Positions 51,028 through 61,369 of a stretch of 64,000 bases of DNA are shown piece after piece. Every line of letters begins with the position of its first letter. Positions within the stretch are counted from its first letter, which is position 1. The notes below the pieces were generated by a model. That model was not told the origin of the DNA and searched no databases. It saw only the letters and a program-made list of their open reading frames with translations. The position numbers and the translations under genes were made by a program. Origin of the DNA: an uncultured Actinomycetes bacterium (lineage in GTDB: Bacteria; Actinomycetota; Geothermincolia; Fen-727; JACVIW01); the NCBI GenBank assembly GCA_937127245.1, contig CAKZLU010000034.1, positions 12,605 through 76,604 of the forward strand, in the 5' to 3' direction.

Positions 51028-52005
51028 CTATTCCCAGAGCGCAATGCCTTCTCCTGCCAGAACTGCGGCACCAATCATCCCGGCGCTCGTTCCAAGCGAG
51101 GAGAGCACGATCTGTGTGCCCTCGATGCAAGAGGGAATCCCTCTTTCTTCAACCACTTTTCGCAAGCCATCGAGAATCAATCCGCCCGACCTTGCTATTC
51201 CGCCGCCAAGTACAACAAGTTCCGGGTCGAAAATGTGAATCAGGCTCACTATTCCTATTCCCAGATAGTGCGAAACGTATGAGAAAACTTCCAAGGCAGC
51301 CTTATCACCGGCTTCTGCGGCTTCCGCGACATTTTCACCGGTAATCCCTTCCAGGTCATTCGAGCACATATGATTCAAAATAGAATCGGGATATTTTCTG
51401 GCCGCCCGCGCGGCCTCTCTCTCAAGCGCAGTTCCCGAAGCAAGCGCCTCCAGGCAGCCCTTCCTGCCGCAACCGCAGGTTGGACCCTCGGGATCGACGA
51501 CCATATGCCCGATCTCCGCAGCCGTCCCTTTGTGTCCCCGATATATCTTGCCGCCTATGCATATCCCGCCGCCTATCCCGGTCCCGAGGGTAAGATAGAC
51601 GAAGTTATCAACCCCTTTGCATATGCCGGCGAACTTCTCCCCAAGGGCTGCCGCGTTGGCGTCGTTGTCAACAAAAACGGGAAGTCCGGTGGCATCACCG
51701 AGAATTTTCTTCAACTCCACGTTTTTCCAGCGGATGTTCGGGGACTCAAGAACGACGCCCTCTGGCTGAAGGATAAAACCGGCGGCGCCTATCCCCACAG
51801 CGCGGGGATTAAAAAAGGCGTCCCGGCTTGATTTGAGCATTTCGTCAATCAGGCCAACAAGCGCTTGGAGCATCAACCGCTGTTCTTGAGATGAGGATTG
51901 AATGGTCTTTGACAGGACAATTTTCCCAGAGGAATCCATAACCCCGCAGGAGATCTTGGTCCCCCCGAGATCAACTCCCACCACGCAATCTTTTCTCTCC
52001 CCCAT
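51028..52005 (-). CDS. ROK family glucokinase
   Basis: GVDLGGT, NDANAAALGE, LGTGIGGG, EIGH, CGCGRKGCLE. Confidence 0.9.
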   Translation of the reverse strand: MGERKDCVVGVDLGGTKISCGVMDSSGKIVLSKTIQSSSQEQRLMLQALVGLIDEMLKSSRDAFFNPRAVGIGAAGFILQPEGVVLESPNIRWKNVELKKILGDATGLPVFVDNDANAAALGEKFAGICKGVDNFVYLTLGTGIGGGICIGGKIYRGHKGTAAEIGHMVVDPEGPTCGCGRKGCLEALASGTALEREAARAARKYPDSILNHMCSNDLEGITGENVAEAAEAGDKAALEVFSYVSHYLGIGIVSLIHIFDPELVVLGGGIARSGGLILDGLRKVVEERGIPSCIEGTQIVLSSLGTSAGMIGAAVLAGEGIALWE

Positions 52006-52735
52006 GACCCGCCTTTCTTATAGCGTGCTTCAGTTCCAAAAGGGCGGCACGAGCCGCGCCCTGTTCGGCTTCCTTCCGTGAACTTCCCTCCACGGGACCA
52101 AAAACAAACCCCGCGATGCTAACCTTGGCGTAGAAAGTCCGAGAGTGAGCCGGACCTTTATATTTAACTGAATATTCCGGAGCGCACTTAAATTCCTTCA
52201 CGGCGAATTCCTGCAGCTCGCTTTTGAAATCGCCGAGTCCTCTCAGGGAAAGCTTTTTGAGACTCTCCCTCATAAATGAAATTACCATATCTTGGGCAGT
52301 CTCAAAACCGGAGTCAAGAAAAACCGCCCCGATAAGCGCCTCGAAAGCGCCAGCCAGGATGGACTGTTTTCTCCTGCCGCCGGAAATCCTCTCACCCTTT
52401 CCGAGAAGAACGAAGTTGCCCATTCCAGCGCTGGACGCGATTTGGGCAAGAGACCTTCGGGAAACGAGCAGAGCCCTTGCCTTTGTGAGGTCACCTTCCG
52501 TGTAATCGGGATATTCGGAGTAAAGGAAATTCGAGACCGCAAGCTCTATTACGGAATCCCCGAGAAACTCGAGGCGCTCGTTTGAAAATTGACCCGGCAA
52601 TCCATGCTCGTTTGTAAAAGAGGAGTGGCACAGAGCCCTGAAAAGGAGGTGCTTGTCATTGAAGCGGTAGTTTAATATCCGCTCAAGAGAATCGAGTTTT
52701 TCATCGTACTCTTTCAATAACGAAGAAATGTCCAC
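51971..52735 (-). CDS. rnc: Ribonuclease III
   Basis: NERLEFLGDSV, FEALIGAVFLD, dsRBD (KSELQE..AEQ.AA). Confidence 0.97.
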   Translation of the reverse strand: MDISSLLKEYDEKLDSLERILNYRFNDKHLLFRALCHSSFTNEHGLPGQFSNERLEFLGDSVIELAVSNFLYSEYPDYTEGDLTKARALLVSRRSLAQIASSAGMGNFVLLGKGERISGGRRKQSILAGAFEALIGAVFLDSGFETAQDMVISFMRESLKKLSLRGLGDFKSELQEFAVKEFKCAPEYSVKYKGPAHSRTFYAKVSIAGFVFGPVEGSSRKEAEQGAARAALLELKHAIRKAGHGGEKRLRGGS

Positions 52736-52741
52736 TTTAAG

Positions 52742-53827
52742 TCAGCCGCTCATACGAGGCGGGAGGTCCATGATATCAAGAATAGTGTCCACGTCGATTA
52801 GTTCTTTGACGTATTTCCTTATCCTCTCGAGTTTCTTTGGGTGATGGACTTTCTGTTGGCTGATAGCCTGGTCAACCTTTTCCACCGCGGTCGCGGTATC
52901 GTAATCCACAACGATAATCGGAACCCCGAGTTCTTCTGCCTGACCAACGACTATGGGCGTCGGTATGTGACCGCCGGTAAGTATCAGGCTCTTGGTGGGG
53001 GTTTCAAGCGCAGCAAGCTGGATATCGGGTCGGTCGCCCCCGGTTATTACCACCTTATTTGCTTGCTTTCGGAAAAGGCGAAGCGCTTGCTCCTGTCCCA
53101 TAGCTCCCACCATCATGTTTTCCACAAGCTCTTCCGCCTTGTCTCGAGCGCAGATTAAATTGCCGTTGAGGCTTGCCGCCAGTTCACCAACAGTTATTGA
53201 CCTCAGAATTCTGTCGGCGGGTATTGCCCCCAGCATCCTTATTCCCTCTGCTTCAAGGAACCGCTTGAAAAGGTTTTCGGCGAAACTCATTCTTCTTTCC
53301 GGCACCCAGTTGAGAATCACACCGAGAAATCTATCGGAAAAGTATTCTGCCGCGCTCAGAGCCCTGTCAACGCTCAACTCCTCGTTAAAAGTGTCAAGGA
53401 GGAGTACGCCAGCCTCAAGAATTGCGGCGACCTCAACAGCGGAAAGCCCCAGAATTTTCCCATGAACGAAGTTCTGTGCCCCCTCGATGAGGACCAGGTC
53501 CGCATTCTGAGAGATCCTCTCGTAACAAGCCCTTATTTTCTCCTCAACCAGAGACGGCCTTTTTCTCATGTATCGATTGAGAGTGTCCCAGTTGAGAAAG
53601 AAGGGTGAAAGGTCGGGAATGAGCTCCTCGTCTATTCCCAAGGAGTTGGCGATGTAATAAGCGTCCTCATCCACTTTGCGCTGATCGATTCTGACCGGAT
53701 AGCTACCGACGGGCTTCATGTAGCCTATCTTGAATCCCCGATCGATAAGCTCAAGCCCGATACCTACCGCAAGGCTGCTTTTGCCCGAATACCTCTCGGC
53801 AGACGCTATGATTATCCCTTTTGACAA
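52742..53827 (-). CDS. BioD-like P-loop plus DRTGG domain protein (Pta N-terminal-like)
   Basis: SGKS, GYMKPVG, LIEG, VGAM, ITGGDRPDI, LILTGG. Confidence 0.88.
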   Translation of the reverse strand: MSKGIIIASAERYSGKSSLAVGIGLELIDRGFKIGYMKPVGSYPVRIDQRKVDEDAYYIANSLGIDEELIPDLSPFFLNWDTLNRYMRKRPSLVEEKIRACYERISQNADLVLIEGAQNFVHGKILGLSAVEVAAILEAGVLLLDTFNEELSVDRALSAAEYFSDRFLGVILNWVPERRMSFAENLFKRFLEAEGIRMLGAIPADRILRSITVGELAASLNGNLICARDKAEELVENMMVGAMGQEQALRLFRKQANKVVITGGDRPDIQLAALETPTKSLILTGGHIPTPIVVGQAEELGVPIIVVDYDTATAVEKVDQAISQQKVHHPKKLERIRKYVKELIDVDTILDIMDLPPRMSG

Positions 53828-53829
53828 GT

Positions 53830-55962
53830 CTATCTCCCTATCGTCATTCTAACATCAACGCAGACGCACCCGTCGCCCGCATTGTAGACCATGAGAGGGT
53901 TTATGTCCATTTCGAGTATCTCGGGGTGGTCACAGGCAAGCTGGGAAACCCTCAAGACAACATCCTCCACAGACTCGATGTCCGCTCTCTTCTCGCCCCT
54001 GATCCCTTCTAAAAGACTAAACGCTTTCAGCTCCCTTAGCATCGAAGCCGCTTCGGTAAACGAGACCGGGGCAATCCTGAAAGAGGTGTCCTTGAAAGCT
54101 TCCACATAGATCCCCCCGAAACCAACCATTAAAAGTGGACCGAACTGCGGGTCCCTCGTCATGCCAACTATTATTTCCCTCCCCCTTGGAACCATCTTTT
54201 GCACGGCAACCCCAAGTATTTCCGCATCAGGCATATGCCTTCTCGTCCTGGAAATAAGCTGCTCGAACGTCTGCTCGACTTTCTCACTCGAAGAAATGTC
54301 AAGCACCACCCCTCCGATGTCCGTCTTATGAAGAACCTGGGGAGACACTATCTTCATGGCAACCGGATAGCCTATTGCCTCCGCGAACTCCACCGCTTCT
54401 TCCGCGCTTTCAGATAAGTGATAAGCCGCGGTCGGCACCCCGTAAGCCCCGAGAATCTCCACGCAGCTTTCAAGATCAAGCTGAGTCATCCCTTTTTCGA
54501 TGCACTGGAGTATCACCGCGCGGACTCTCTCGAAATCGACAGAATACCTGGGCGGCACCGACACCGGCCTTTTTGTAAGGACTGTCCGCGCATACATTCC
54601 ACCGAGTATGTCTGCCGCATGGTCGGGATAATCGATGTTCAAAACCCCTCCGTTCTGCAGCACGTTCACAGCCTCCGAAAGAGAATCGCGCCCCATGAAT
54701 GAACAGATAATTGGCTTATCCGTACTTGAAAAGACGTTAACAACCCCGCGGGCGGTTCCCACCGCGTCGGTCATCGCCTGTGGTGTAAGTATCAAAAGCA
54801 ACGCATCAACACCCTCATCTGAAACAAGCGCTTCGAGGGCTTCAGTGTACCGCTGAGCTCCTGCGTCCCCCAACACGTCAACGGGATTGTGGAGACCAGC
54901 CGCAGGAGGAAGAACTTGCTTGAGCCTGTTGATTGTCTTTCTCTCCAAACCGGCAAGATATAAACCCGCTTTCTCGCAGGCGTCGGCGGTTATTATTCCC
55001 GGACCACCGGCATTCGTCAGAATGGCGATTTTGTTTCCCTTCGGGGGATCCATGAGAGCAAAAGCGCGGGAGAGGTCGAACAGCTCGGCTAAGCTGTCGA
55101 CCATTATCGCCCCAGAGCGCTCACATGCCGCCTGATAAGCTGCCTGTGAGCCCGCAAGAGACCCGGTGTGCGACGAGGCTGCTTTGGCTCCGGCAAGAGT
55201 CTTCCCTGACTTGTAAACGATAACTGGCTTCTTTTCGGCGGCGAAGGAAAGTGCCTCCATAAATCTTCTTCCGTCGACAACCCCCTCTACGTAAAGAGAA
55301 ATCACTCGAGTATCCTTATCAACCGCGAGCATTTCCACAAAATCGCTTTCAGTAAGGTCACAGCTGTTTCCGAGGCTTATGAGTTTTGAAAAACCGCACG
55401 AACTTGAGCGCGCCCAATCGATGAGAGAGGTGCATATCGCGCCTGACTGACTGATCATTCCGACTTTGCCAGTCGGGGGCATTATCCGGGAAAATGAAGC
55501 GTTTATCGGCAAGTTTGTGTTTATGAATCCAAGGCAATTCGGACCTAAAACGCGCATACCGTGCTTGCGTGCAATTTCGATTATTTCCCTCTCCAGCTTG
55601 AGGCCCTCAAACCCGGTTTCCTTAAAGCCTGCGGAGATTACAACACAAAAGGGAACTCCGAGCGAACCGCATTCGTCAAGGACACCTGGAACCGCGCGCG
55701 CGGGAATCACGATAACGCAAAGATCCACAGGCACCGGTATTTCCGAAACGCTCGCTTGCGCTTTTACCCCAAGGATTTCCTTAGAATGGGGATTAACGGG
55801 AAACACTCTTCCCTTGTATCCGGAGTCTAAAATGTTTCTAAGAATCGCGTGTCCGACCTTGGATGGGTTTGAGGAGGCACCGATAACGGCGACTGATTTC
55901 GGTTCGAAAAAATTGCCAGCGCGTCCTAACAGGTCATTCGATCTCAAAGACCTGTCGCCCAT
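53830..55962 (-). CDS. ADP-forming acetate/acyl-CoA ligase family (fused alpha+beta, ATP-grasp)
   Basis: PKSVAVIGAS, GPNCLG, SQSG, SHTGSLAG, TNAGGPG, HKTDIGGV, DPQFGP, DINP; start uncertain (ATG at 55962 lies inside rpmF). Confidence 0.9.
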   Translation of the reverse strand: MGDRSLRSNDLLGRAGNFFEPKSVAVIGASSNPSKVGHAILRNILDSGYKGRVFPVNPHSKEILGVKAQASVSEIPVPVDLCVIVIPARAVPGVLDECGSLGVPFCVVISAGFKETGFEGLKLEREIIEIARKHGMRVLGPNCLGFINTNLPINASFSRIMPPTGKVGMISQSGAICTSLIDWARSSSCGFSKLISLGNSCDLTESDFVEMLAVDKDTRVISLYVEGVVDGRRFMEALSFAAEKKPVIVYKSGKTLAGAKAASSHTGSLAGSQAAYQAACERSGAIMVDSLAELFDLSRAFALMDPPKGNKIAILTNAGGPGIITADACEKAGLYLAGLERKTINRLKQVLPPAAGLHNPVDVLGDAGAQRYTEALEALVSDEGVDALLLILTPQAMTDAVGTARGVVNVFSSTDKPIICSFMGRDSLSEAVNVLQNGGVLNIDYPDHAADILGGMYARTVLTKRPVSVPPRYSVDFERVRAVILQCIEKGMTQLDLESCVEILGAYGVPTAAYHLSESAEEAVEFAEAIGYPVAMKIVSPQVLHKTDIGGVVLDISSSEKVEQTFEQLISRTRRHMPDAEILGVAVQKMVPRGREIIVGMTRDPQFGPLLMVGFGGIYVEAFKDTSFRIAPVSFTEAASMLRELKAFSLLEGIRGEKRADIESVEDVVLRVSQLACDHPEILEMDINPLMVYNAGDGCVCVDVRMTIGR

Positions 55963-56110
55963 TGTAGTACCCACACTCTCTGCACACCCTGTGCGGCAAC
56001 TTCGGTTGATGGCACTGCGGGCACTCTGTAAGCTTTATCTCACGTATGCTGTGGTGCGCTCTTCTTGAATCCCTTTTTGATTTTGATTTCTTCCTCTTTG
56101 GTACAGCCAT
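55934..56110 (-). CDS. rpmF: 50S ribosomal protein L32 (58 aa, zinc-binding CxxC form); absent from the ORF track
   Basis: Manual translation MAVPKRKKSKSKRDSRRAHH..CPQC..PHRVCRECGYYNGRQV. Confidence 0.96.
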   Translation of the reverse strand: MAVPKRKKSKSKRDSRRAHHSIREIKLTECPQCHQPKLPHRVCRECGYYNGRQVFEIE

Positions 56111-56154
56111 TTTTATGCCCTTAAACGAATAATATGCTTTGGTACGCTTTGAAA

Positions 56155-56183
56155 AGGTTACTTGAATGACCCTCGAGCGTCAA
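56155..56183 (-). promoter_or_regulatory. Candidate sigma70 promoter of rpmF
   Basis: TTGACG-17 nt-TAACCT. Confidence 0.6.
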
Positions 56184-56745
56184 GTGAAACTGAAGCTTTA
56201 AAGGGGGCATCCATCGCTTTGGCTAAAAAGCACTCATATTTTCTTGAAAACGCCTGCATGTACACACTTTATCAAAGACATTCACGGTCATAACTAACGG
56301 ACGTTACTCTGGCATAAATCAGCCAGGTTAAAGAAGTTTAATTCACATTTGAGCATAATCCTATGTCACCGAGAAGCATGAGGAAAAGATAATCGAGGGT
56401 GAAAGAGTTTTAATTCTTAATTCATATTTAAGCCTGATCTCATCTTCGCTGAATCCAAAACTCTCATCGGACAAAACCCTGCCAATCTGTCAGAAGTTTT
56501 CCGCCGCCATACCTTGAAAATCACAATGTCACACCGGGTGTTTAACATGAGTACACCTTGGAAATTTACATGGAGCACTTGGATAAATTCACAGGAGAAA
56601 TGATTGAGGCGAAGCTATTGTGTAATAATAATCCATTAAGTTATAGAGAAAGCGGCAATTTAGATAACGCGTTTGAGAAGTTTCAAATTGAGTATTTTTT
56701 GCTCAATTTGAATTCTTCAGGTGCAGCAATCAAAAAGGAGGAGCC

Positions 56746-59211
56746 TTGAACACCTATCCGAGCTTCGAAGAGTTTTTCGAGACGGGAAGCGCCAATAAAC
56801 CTTTTCCCTATCAAAAAAGACTTGCAGAAATGAAAAAACCGCCATCTCTCATACGAATACCCACCGGGAGTGGAAAAACTCTCGCCGCTGTCGCTTCCTG
56901 GTTGTGGCGCCACCTCTCAAGCGACAATAATTCCAGTTTGTCCACGCCGAGAAAACTCGTCTACTGCCTTCCAATGCGCGTTTTGGTCAACCAAACGTTC
57001 CAAGAAATATACGATTTCTTAGACAGGCTTAAACTGATCGAGGAGTTCCCCGTCTATAAACTCATCGGCGGTGAAATCAACGAGGAGTGGTTGCTTTATC
57101 CAGAAAGAAAGTGTGTCATTGTCGGAACCCAGGATATGCTGTTGTCAAGGGCATTGAATCGCGGCTACTCCCAGAGCAGATTCGCGTGGCCAAGGTCGTT
57201 CGGTCTTCTTAATAATGACTGTCAGTGGATCTTCGATGAGGTCCAGTTAATGAGCACCAGTATTTCCACTTCAGCCCAGCTTCACGGTTTCAGAGATTAT
57301 TTCGGCACAGTTTTGCCGTGCCAGAGCACCTGGATGAGCGCGACTCTGAGCGAACAATGGCTCCAATCGCCGGATTTCAGCCTGGAAGAAAATGAAATGT
57401 TCGTTCTCGACAGTGACGACTTAGCGGTACCTCAACTGGAAAAGCGAGTTTTCGCCAGGAAAAAAATCGAAAAGTTCGGTCTGGAAGGCGATGCCAAAAA
57501 TAGAGACAAAGAGCTCGCCTCATTCGTGCTCGACAACCACGTGCCTGGCAAGCAGACTCTCGTAGTGTTAAACACCGTGAAAAGGGCAACCTCCCTTTAC
57601 GAGGAAATAAAGAAAGCGCAACGTAAAAGAAACGGCGACAGTGCACCTGAGTTGATGCTCATTCATTCACGCTTCCGACCATACGAAAGAATGGCACTGG
57701 AGAAAAGAATTGCCCAAAAAAGCCTGCCCCCGGAGGGACGAATCATTGTTTCAACCCAGGTGGTCGAAGCAGGGGTAAACATCACCTCTTCGCTCCTTGT
57801 GACTGAGCTTGCCCCCTGGTCATCGATAGTTCAACGGCTGGGAAGAAACAACCGGTTCGGTGAAGAAATCAGTTCGCAAGCCTGCTGGATTGATCTTGAA
57901 GAAAAAGATTATCCCCCCTACAACCAATCAGAAATGGACGCGACAAGGGAAATTATGGAAAGCATGACCGGGCGGGAGATTACCCCCCATTCACTTATCG
58001 ACAAACGGCTTTCGGTTGAATCACAGCAAGTGTACTTCGTTCCGCGAAAAAAGGATTTATTTGAACTTTTCGACACCACGCCTGACCTATTCGGCTTCGA
58101 CACTGACGTTTCCCGCTTCATACGGGAGGGAGATTTCCTCGATGCCTACGTTTTCTGGAGAGATTTCGAGGAAAACCCTCCCGAGGACCGACTATATCTC
58201 AGGGAAGAACTCTGCCCTGTTCCTTACAACGAGGTTCGAGAGCAGATGAGTAAAAGTAAAGATGCCCGCACGGTTTGGTACTTTGACCACATCGACGGCA
58301 GGTGGCGGAGAGCATCCGCAGACAATGTATTCCCCGGTGCAGTGTTGATGCTCAAAGCGAAAGATGGAGGTTACTCTAAAGAAAAAGGTTGGGACCCAGC
58401 ATCCAAATCGGCTGTTGAAGTGATTACCGGGGAAATACTAACAGAGCCCTCCGAGGAAATACTCGAATCCGAAGAAAGCGACGACCTGTCACACCTCGAA
58501 TACGCCCGGTGGGTCTCGCTTGAAGACCACGCCAGCGATGTAGAAAGTGAGATCGAAGAAATCCTAAAGGCGCTTGAGTGGGACGCATTAAGCTGGGAAA
58601 ACAAAACGCATGCGCGCACCGTTTTAAAATACGCCGCGCTCTTGCACGATATCGGAAAAAGCAGCCAGATTTTCCAGGAAGCTCTGGTGAACGCGTGTGA
58701 CCCCAAACCACCAGAAACAACTACACTCTGGGCTAAGGGTCCCGGCAAAGGTCGGCTATCATACCGAAGGAAATATTTCAGGCACGAACTTGCCAGCACC
58801 CTGAGAATCTTAAGCGATGCAAACCCCGGCTTTTTGCCGGAGTTTACAGACGAAGAATTGAGTCTTCTCGCTTATCTAATCGCCGCTCATCACGGAAAAG
58901 TTCGAACAGCGATCTCTCCCATGCCATCAGAGATGCCTCCAGGTGACGAAAGGAGGTACGCTCTCGGGCTAATTGAGGGTGATGAGCTTCCGGAGATAGT
59001 GATAGGCTCCATGAGGATACCTTCAATTCCATTAAGCCTTGGATGCATGGAAATGGGAAATTCAGGCACTCGCTCATGGAGTGAAAGGGTTCTCACACTC
59101 TGTCACTCAAAGGAATATGGACCGTTCAGGCTTGCCTATTTTGAAGCTCTCGTAAGGGCGGCAGACATCAGAGCATCAATTAAGGAGAGGGGGGAACTCA
59201 ATGAGCGATAA
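56746..59211 (+). CDS. cas3: Type I-G Cas3 (N-terminal SF2 helicase, C-terminal HD nuclease)
   Basis: PTGSGKT, DEVQ, MSAT, HSRF, STQVVEAG, QRLGR; C-terminal H..LHDIGK..RHE..HHG..AD; TTG follows AGGAGG. Confidence 0.95.
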   Translation: MNTYPSFEEFFETGSANKPFPYQKRLAEMKKPPSLIRIPTGSGKTLAAVASWLWRHLSSDNNSSLSTPRKLVYCLPMRVLVNQTFQEIYDFLDRLKLIEEFPVYKLIGGEINEEWLLYPERKCVIVGTQDMLLSRALNRGYSQSRFAWPRSFGLLNNDCQWIFDEVQLMSTSISTSAQLHGFRDYFGTVLPCQSTWMSATLSEQWLQSPDFSLEENEMFVLDSDDLAVPQLEKRVFARKKIEKFGLEGDAKNRDKELASFVLDNHVPGKQTLVVLNTVKRATSLYEEIKKAQRKRNGDSAPELMLIHSRFRPYERMALEKRIAQKSLPPEGRIIVSTQVVEAGVNITSSLLVTELAPWSSIVQRLGRNNRFGEEISSQACWIDLEEKDYPPYNQSEMDATREIMESMTGREITPHSLIDKRLSVESQQVYFVPRKKDLFELFDTTPDLFGFDTDVSRFIREGDFLDAYVFWRDFEENPPEDRLYLREELCPVPYNEVREQMSKSKDARTVWYFDHIDGRWRRASADNVFPGAVLMLKAKDGGYSKEKGWDPASKSAVEVITGEILTEPSEEILESEESDDLSHLEYARWVSLEDHASDVESEIEEILKALEWDALSWENKTHARTVLKYAALLHDIGKSSQIFQEALVNACDPKPPETTTLWAKGPGKGRLSYRRKYFRHELASTLRILSDANPGFLPEFTDEELSLLAYLIAAHHGKVRTAISPMPSEMPPGDERRYALGLIEGDELPEIVIGSMRIPSIPLSLGCMEMGNSGTRSWSERVLTLCHSKEYGPFRLAYFEALVRAADIRASIKERGELNER

Positions 59212-61366
59212 CGTGATAACTCTTACCGGGTGCAAAACGACACCCCTTGTGAATTATCTCAAAGCTCTTGCAGTCTTCAGAATAACATCCATCCAAAAAG
59301 ACCCTTCTGTTCGCTGCTTCTGGCAGGACGATTTTCTGAACATGATTGCTCCTTTCACCATTGACAATCTCATTGACTTCTTTCTTGAGGAATACAAACC
59401 CGCCCCAATAATAGCCCCCTGGAACAGCAGCGCAGGATTTTCTCCGCCAGACGAAAAGGAGGGAGAGTATCTCAGATTCATAAAAAGCCAAACCTCTTTA
59501 GAGAGGCTTAAAGATTACAGAGAGATAATTCTCATCGCGGAAAAAGCGATAAGACACCTCGAAATCACCGATAGCAAGAGCCTAAAGGAGAATAAAAACG
59601 CCCTGTGCGCCCTTTTGAGAAAGACTCTTCCCGACAGCGCCATTCCCTGGCTTGATGCCACCATCATAATTACCTCAACGGAGAAAGGGAAACCGGATTT
59701 GAACTACCCTCCGCTTCTGGGAACCGGGGCAAATGACGGCCGGCTGGATTTTACCGTAAATTTCATGAAAAACTTAAAAGAAATCCTCACTAACCTGAAT
59801 ACCTCTAAATCCCGTGCATGGCTGAAAGACGCGCTCTTGGGCTTAAACGAAAGCCAGGGAATCAATAATCCATCAGGATTTTTCTCGTTATCTGCCGCCG
59901 GAGGCCCGAATACCGACCAAGGATTCGAAGGGGAAAGCGTTCTGAACCCCTGGGATTTCATATTGATGATTGAGGGAACCATCCTTTTTGCGGGTTCAGT
60001 CTCCCGGCGCTTTTCAGTAACCGAAGCGCAAGGAAAAGCTGCTTTTCCCTTCACCGTGAATCCTTCCGCCGTTGGCTTCAATTCTTATGCGGCAAAAGAA
60101 GAGAGCACTTCTCGTTCTCGAGGAGAGCTCTGGGTTCCCGTTTGGAAAAACCCTGTTTCGCTTGTCGAACTTGAGAACCTCTATGGGGAAGGAAGGGCAA
60201 GGCTCGGCAGAAGACTTGCGCGCAACGGACTTGATTTTGCAAGGTCTATAGCTTCTCTCGGTACCGCACGTGGCGTGGACTCATTCATTCGCTACAGCTT
60301 CTTGAAACGCCGGGGCGATTCTCACATCGCCGTTCCGCTGAGAACTTACAAGACCCGAAAAATCCCCTTGGAGGGAGTGAACCTAATTGACCAAATAGAC
60401 AATTGGATTATAAGCGCTGAACGCGCCGTTTCTGGCGCAAAGACGGTTCCCCACAGTATCGTCTCATCACTTTATGCCCTCAAAGAATCGATCCACTCTT
60501 ATACAGTGCACGGCCAGAAGCGTGATTTCCAAAAAATAGTGGTCAACCTTGGCAAGCTCGAGCGCGCAATTGCCTCCTCAAAGACGATTAAATCCACTTA
60601 CAACATAAGACCGCTTTTTCTTAGGGATGTCGGGTGGATCAAGATGTGCGATGACGGTAGCCATGAGTTTCGGATAGCTGCTTCGGTTGTCTCCATTCAG
60701 CCAGCCGAAGAAAAAATTGGACCGTTAAGAGCCAACCTGGAACCGGTAACCGTTGTAAAGGATTTTGCCGAATGGGAGGAAAACAGCAAACAGGTTGTTC
60801 CGGTGAGCAATGATGTTTACAGGACACTCATATCCATTCTCGAGAGGAGAATCATAGAGGCATTGAAACATGAGCTTGAGTTCATACCGATAGCCGGAAC
60901 GCTTCACTGCTCTGCGCATGAGATTAAACTTTTCCTTGATGGCAGACTTGACGGCGAGAAAATCCTCTCATTAATCCTCGGTTTATCACTGATCCACCAC
61001 AGGATATTCGCATATTATCGCGACGGTCGTAAGAACGGCGAAAGTGAGCCAAGAATTCCACGGGATTACATTGTTTTGAAAACGCAGTTTCTTCCATCCT
61101 CTCTGTCTGTAAACAACGAGAACATAAGTTTCCCTTATGACCTAACCTTGTTCTCCCTCCTGTCTGCGGGCAGAGTTAAAGAGGCATGCAAAAAGGCAAC
61201 CCAAAGGCTGCGAAACGCGGGCTTTCTACCGTTGAGTGCATTTGGCGTATCGGGATGCGACCCTCATCGTTTACTGGCTTCGATGATCATACCTATACAA
61301 ACAGAAAAGTTCGCCATGGAGCTTCTTCCCATGGCGGTAAACAAAGGCAGTAAGTTCAAAGTTTAG
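59201..61366 (+). CDS. csx17: Type I-G large subunit Cas8g2/Csx17
   Basis: YLKAL, PIIAPWN, PLLGTGANDGRLDF..NFM, NPWDFILMIEG, ELWVPVW, EGRA; follows cas3. Confidence 0.9.
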   Translation: MSDNVITLTGCKTTPLVNYLKALAVFRITSIQKDPSVRCFWQDDFLNMIAPFTIDNLIDFFLEEYKPAPIIAPWNSSAGFSPPDEKEGEYLRFIKSQTSLERLKDYREIILIAEKAIRHLEITDSKSLKENKNALCALLRKTLPDSAIPWLDATIIITSTEKGKPDLNYPPLLGTGANDGRLDFTVNFMKNLKEILTNLNTSKSRAWLKDALLGLNESQGINNPSGFFSLSAAGGPNTDQGFEGESVLNPWDFILMIEGTILFAGSVSRRFSVTEAQGKAAFPFTVNPSAVGFNSYAAKEESTSRSRGELWVPVWKNPVSLVELENLYGEGRARLGRRLARNGLDFARSIASLGTARGVDSFIRYSFLKRRGDSHIAVPLRTYKTRKIPLEGVNLIDQIDNWIISAERAVSGAKTVPHSIVSSLYALKESIHSYTVHGQKRDFQKIVVNLGKLERAIASSKTIKSTYNIRPLFLRDVGWIKMCDDGSHEFRIAASVVSIQPAEEKIGPLRANLEPVTVVKDFAEWEENSKQVVPVSNDVYRTLISILERRIIEALKHELEFIPIAGTLHCSAHEIKLFLDGRLDGEKILSLILGLSLIHHRIFAYYRDGRKNGESEPRIPRDYIVLKTQFLPSSLSVNNENISFPYDLTLFSLLSAGRVKEACKKATQRLRNAGFLPLSAFGVSGCDPHRLLASMIIPIQTEKFAMELLPMAVNKGSKFKV

Positions 61367-61369
61367 GAG

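Noticed and set aside
56111-56745. Type I-G mini-array or CreA-like repeat upstream of cas3
   Set aside because: One ATTGAGGC octamer near 56603, but no palindrome or second copy.
56558-56749. 63-aa ORF overlapping the cas3 start
   Set aside because: No recognisable motif, weak RBS and AT-rich composition; cannot be supported as a gene.
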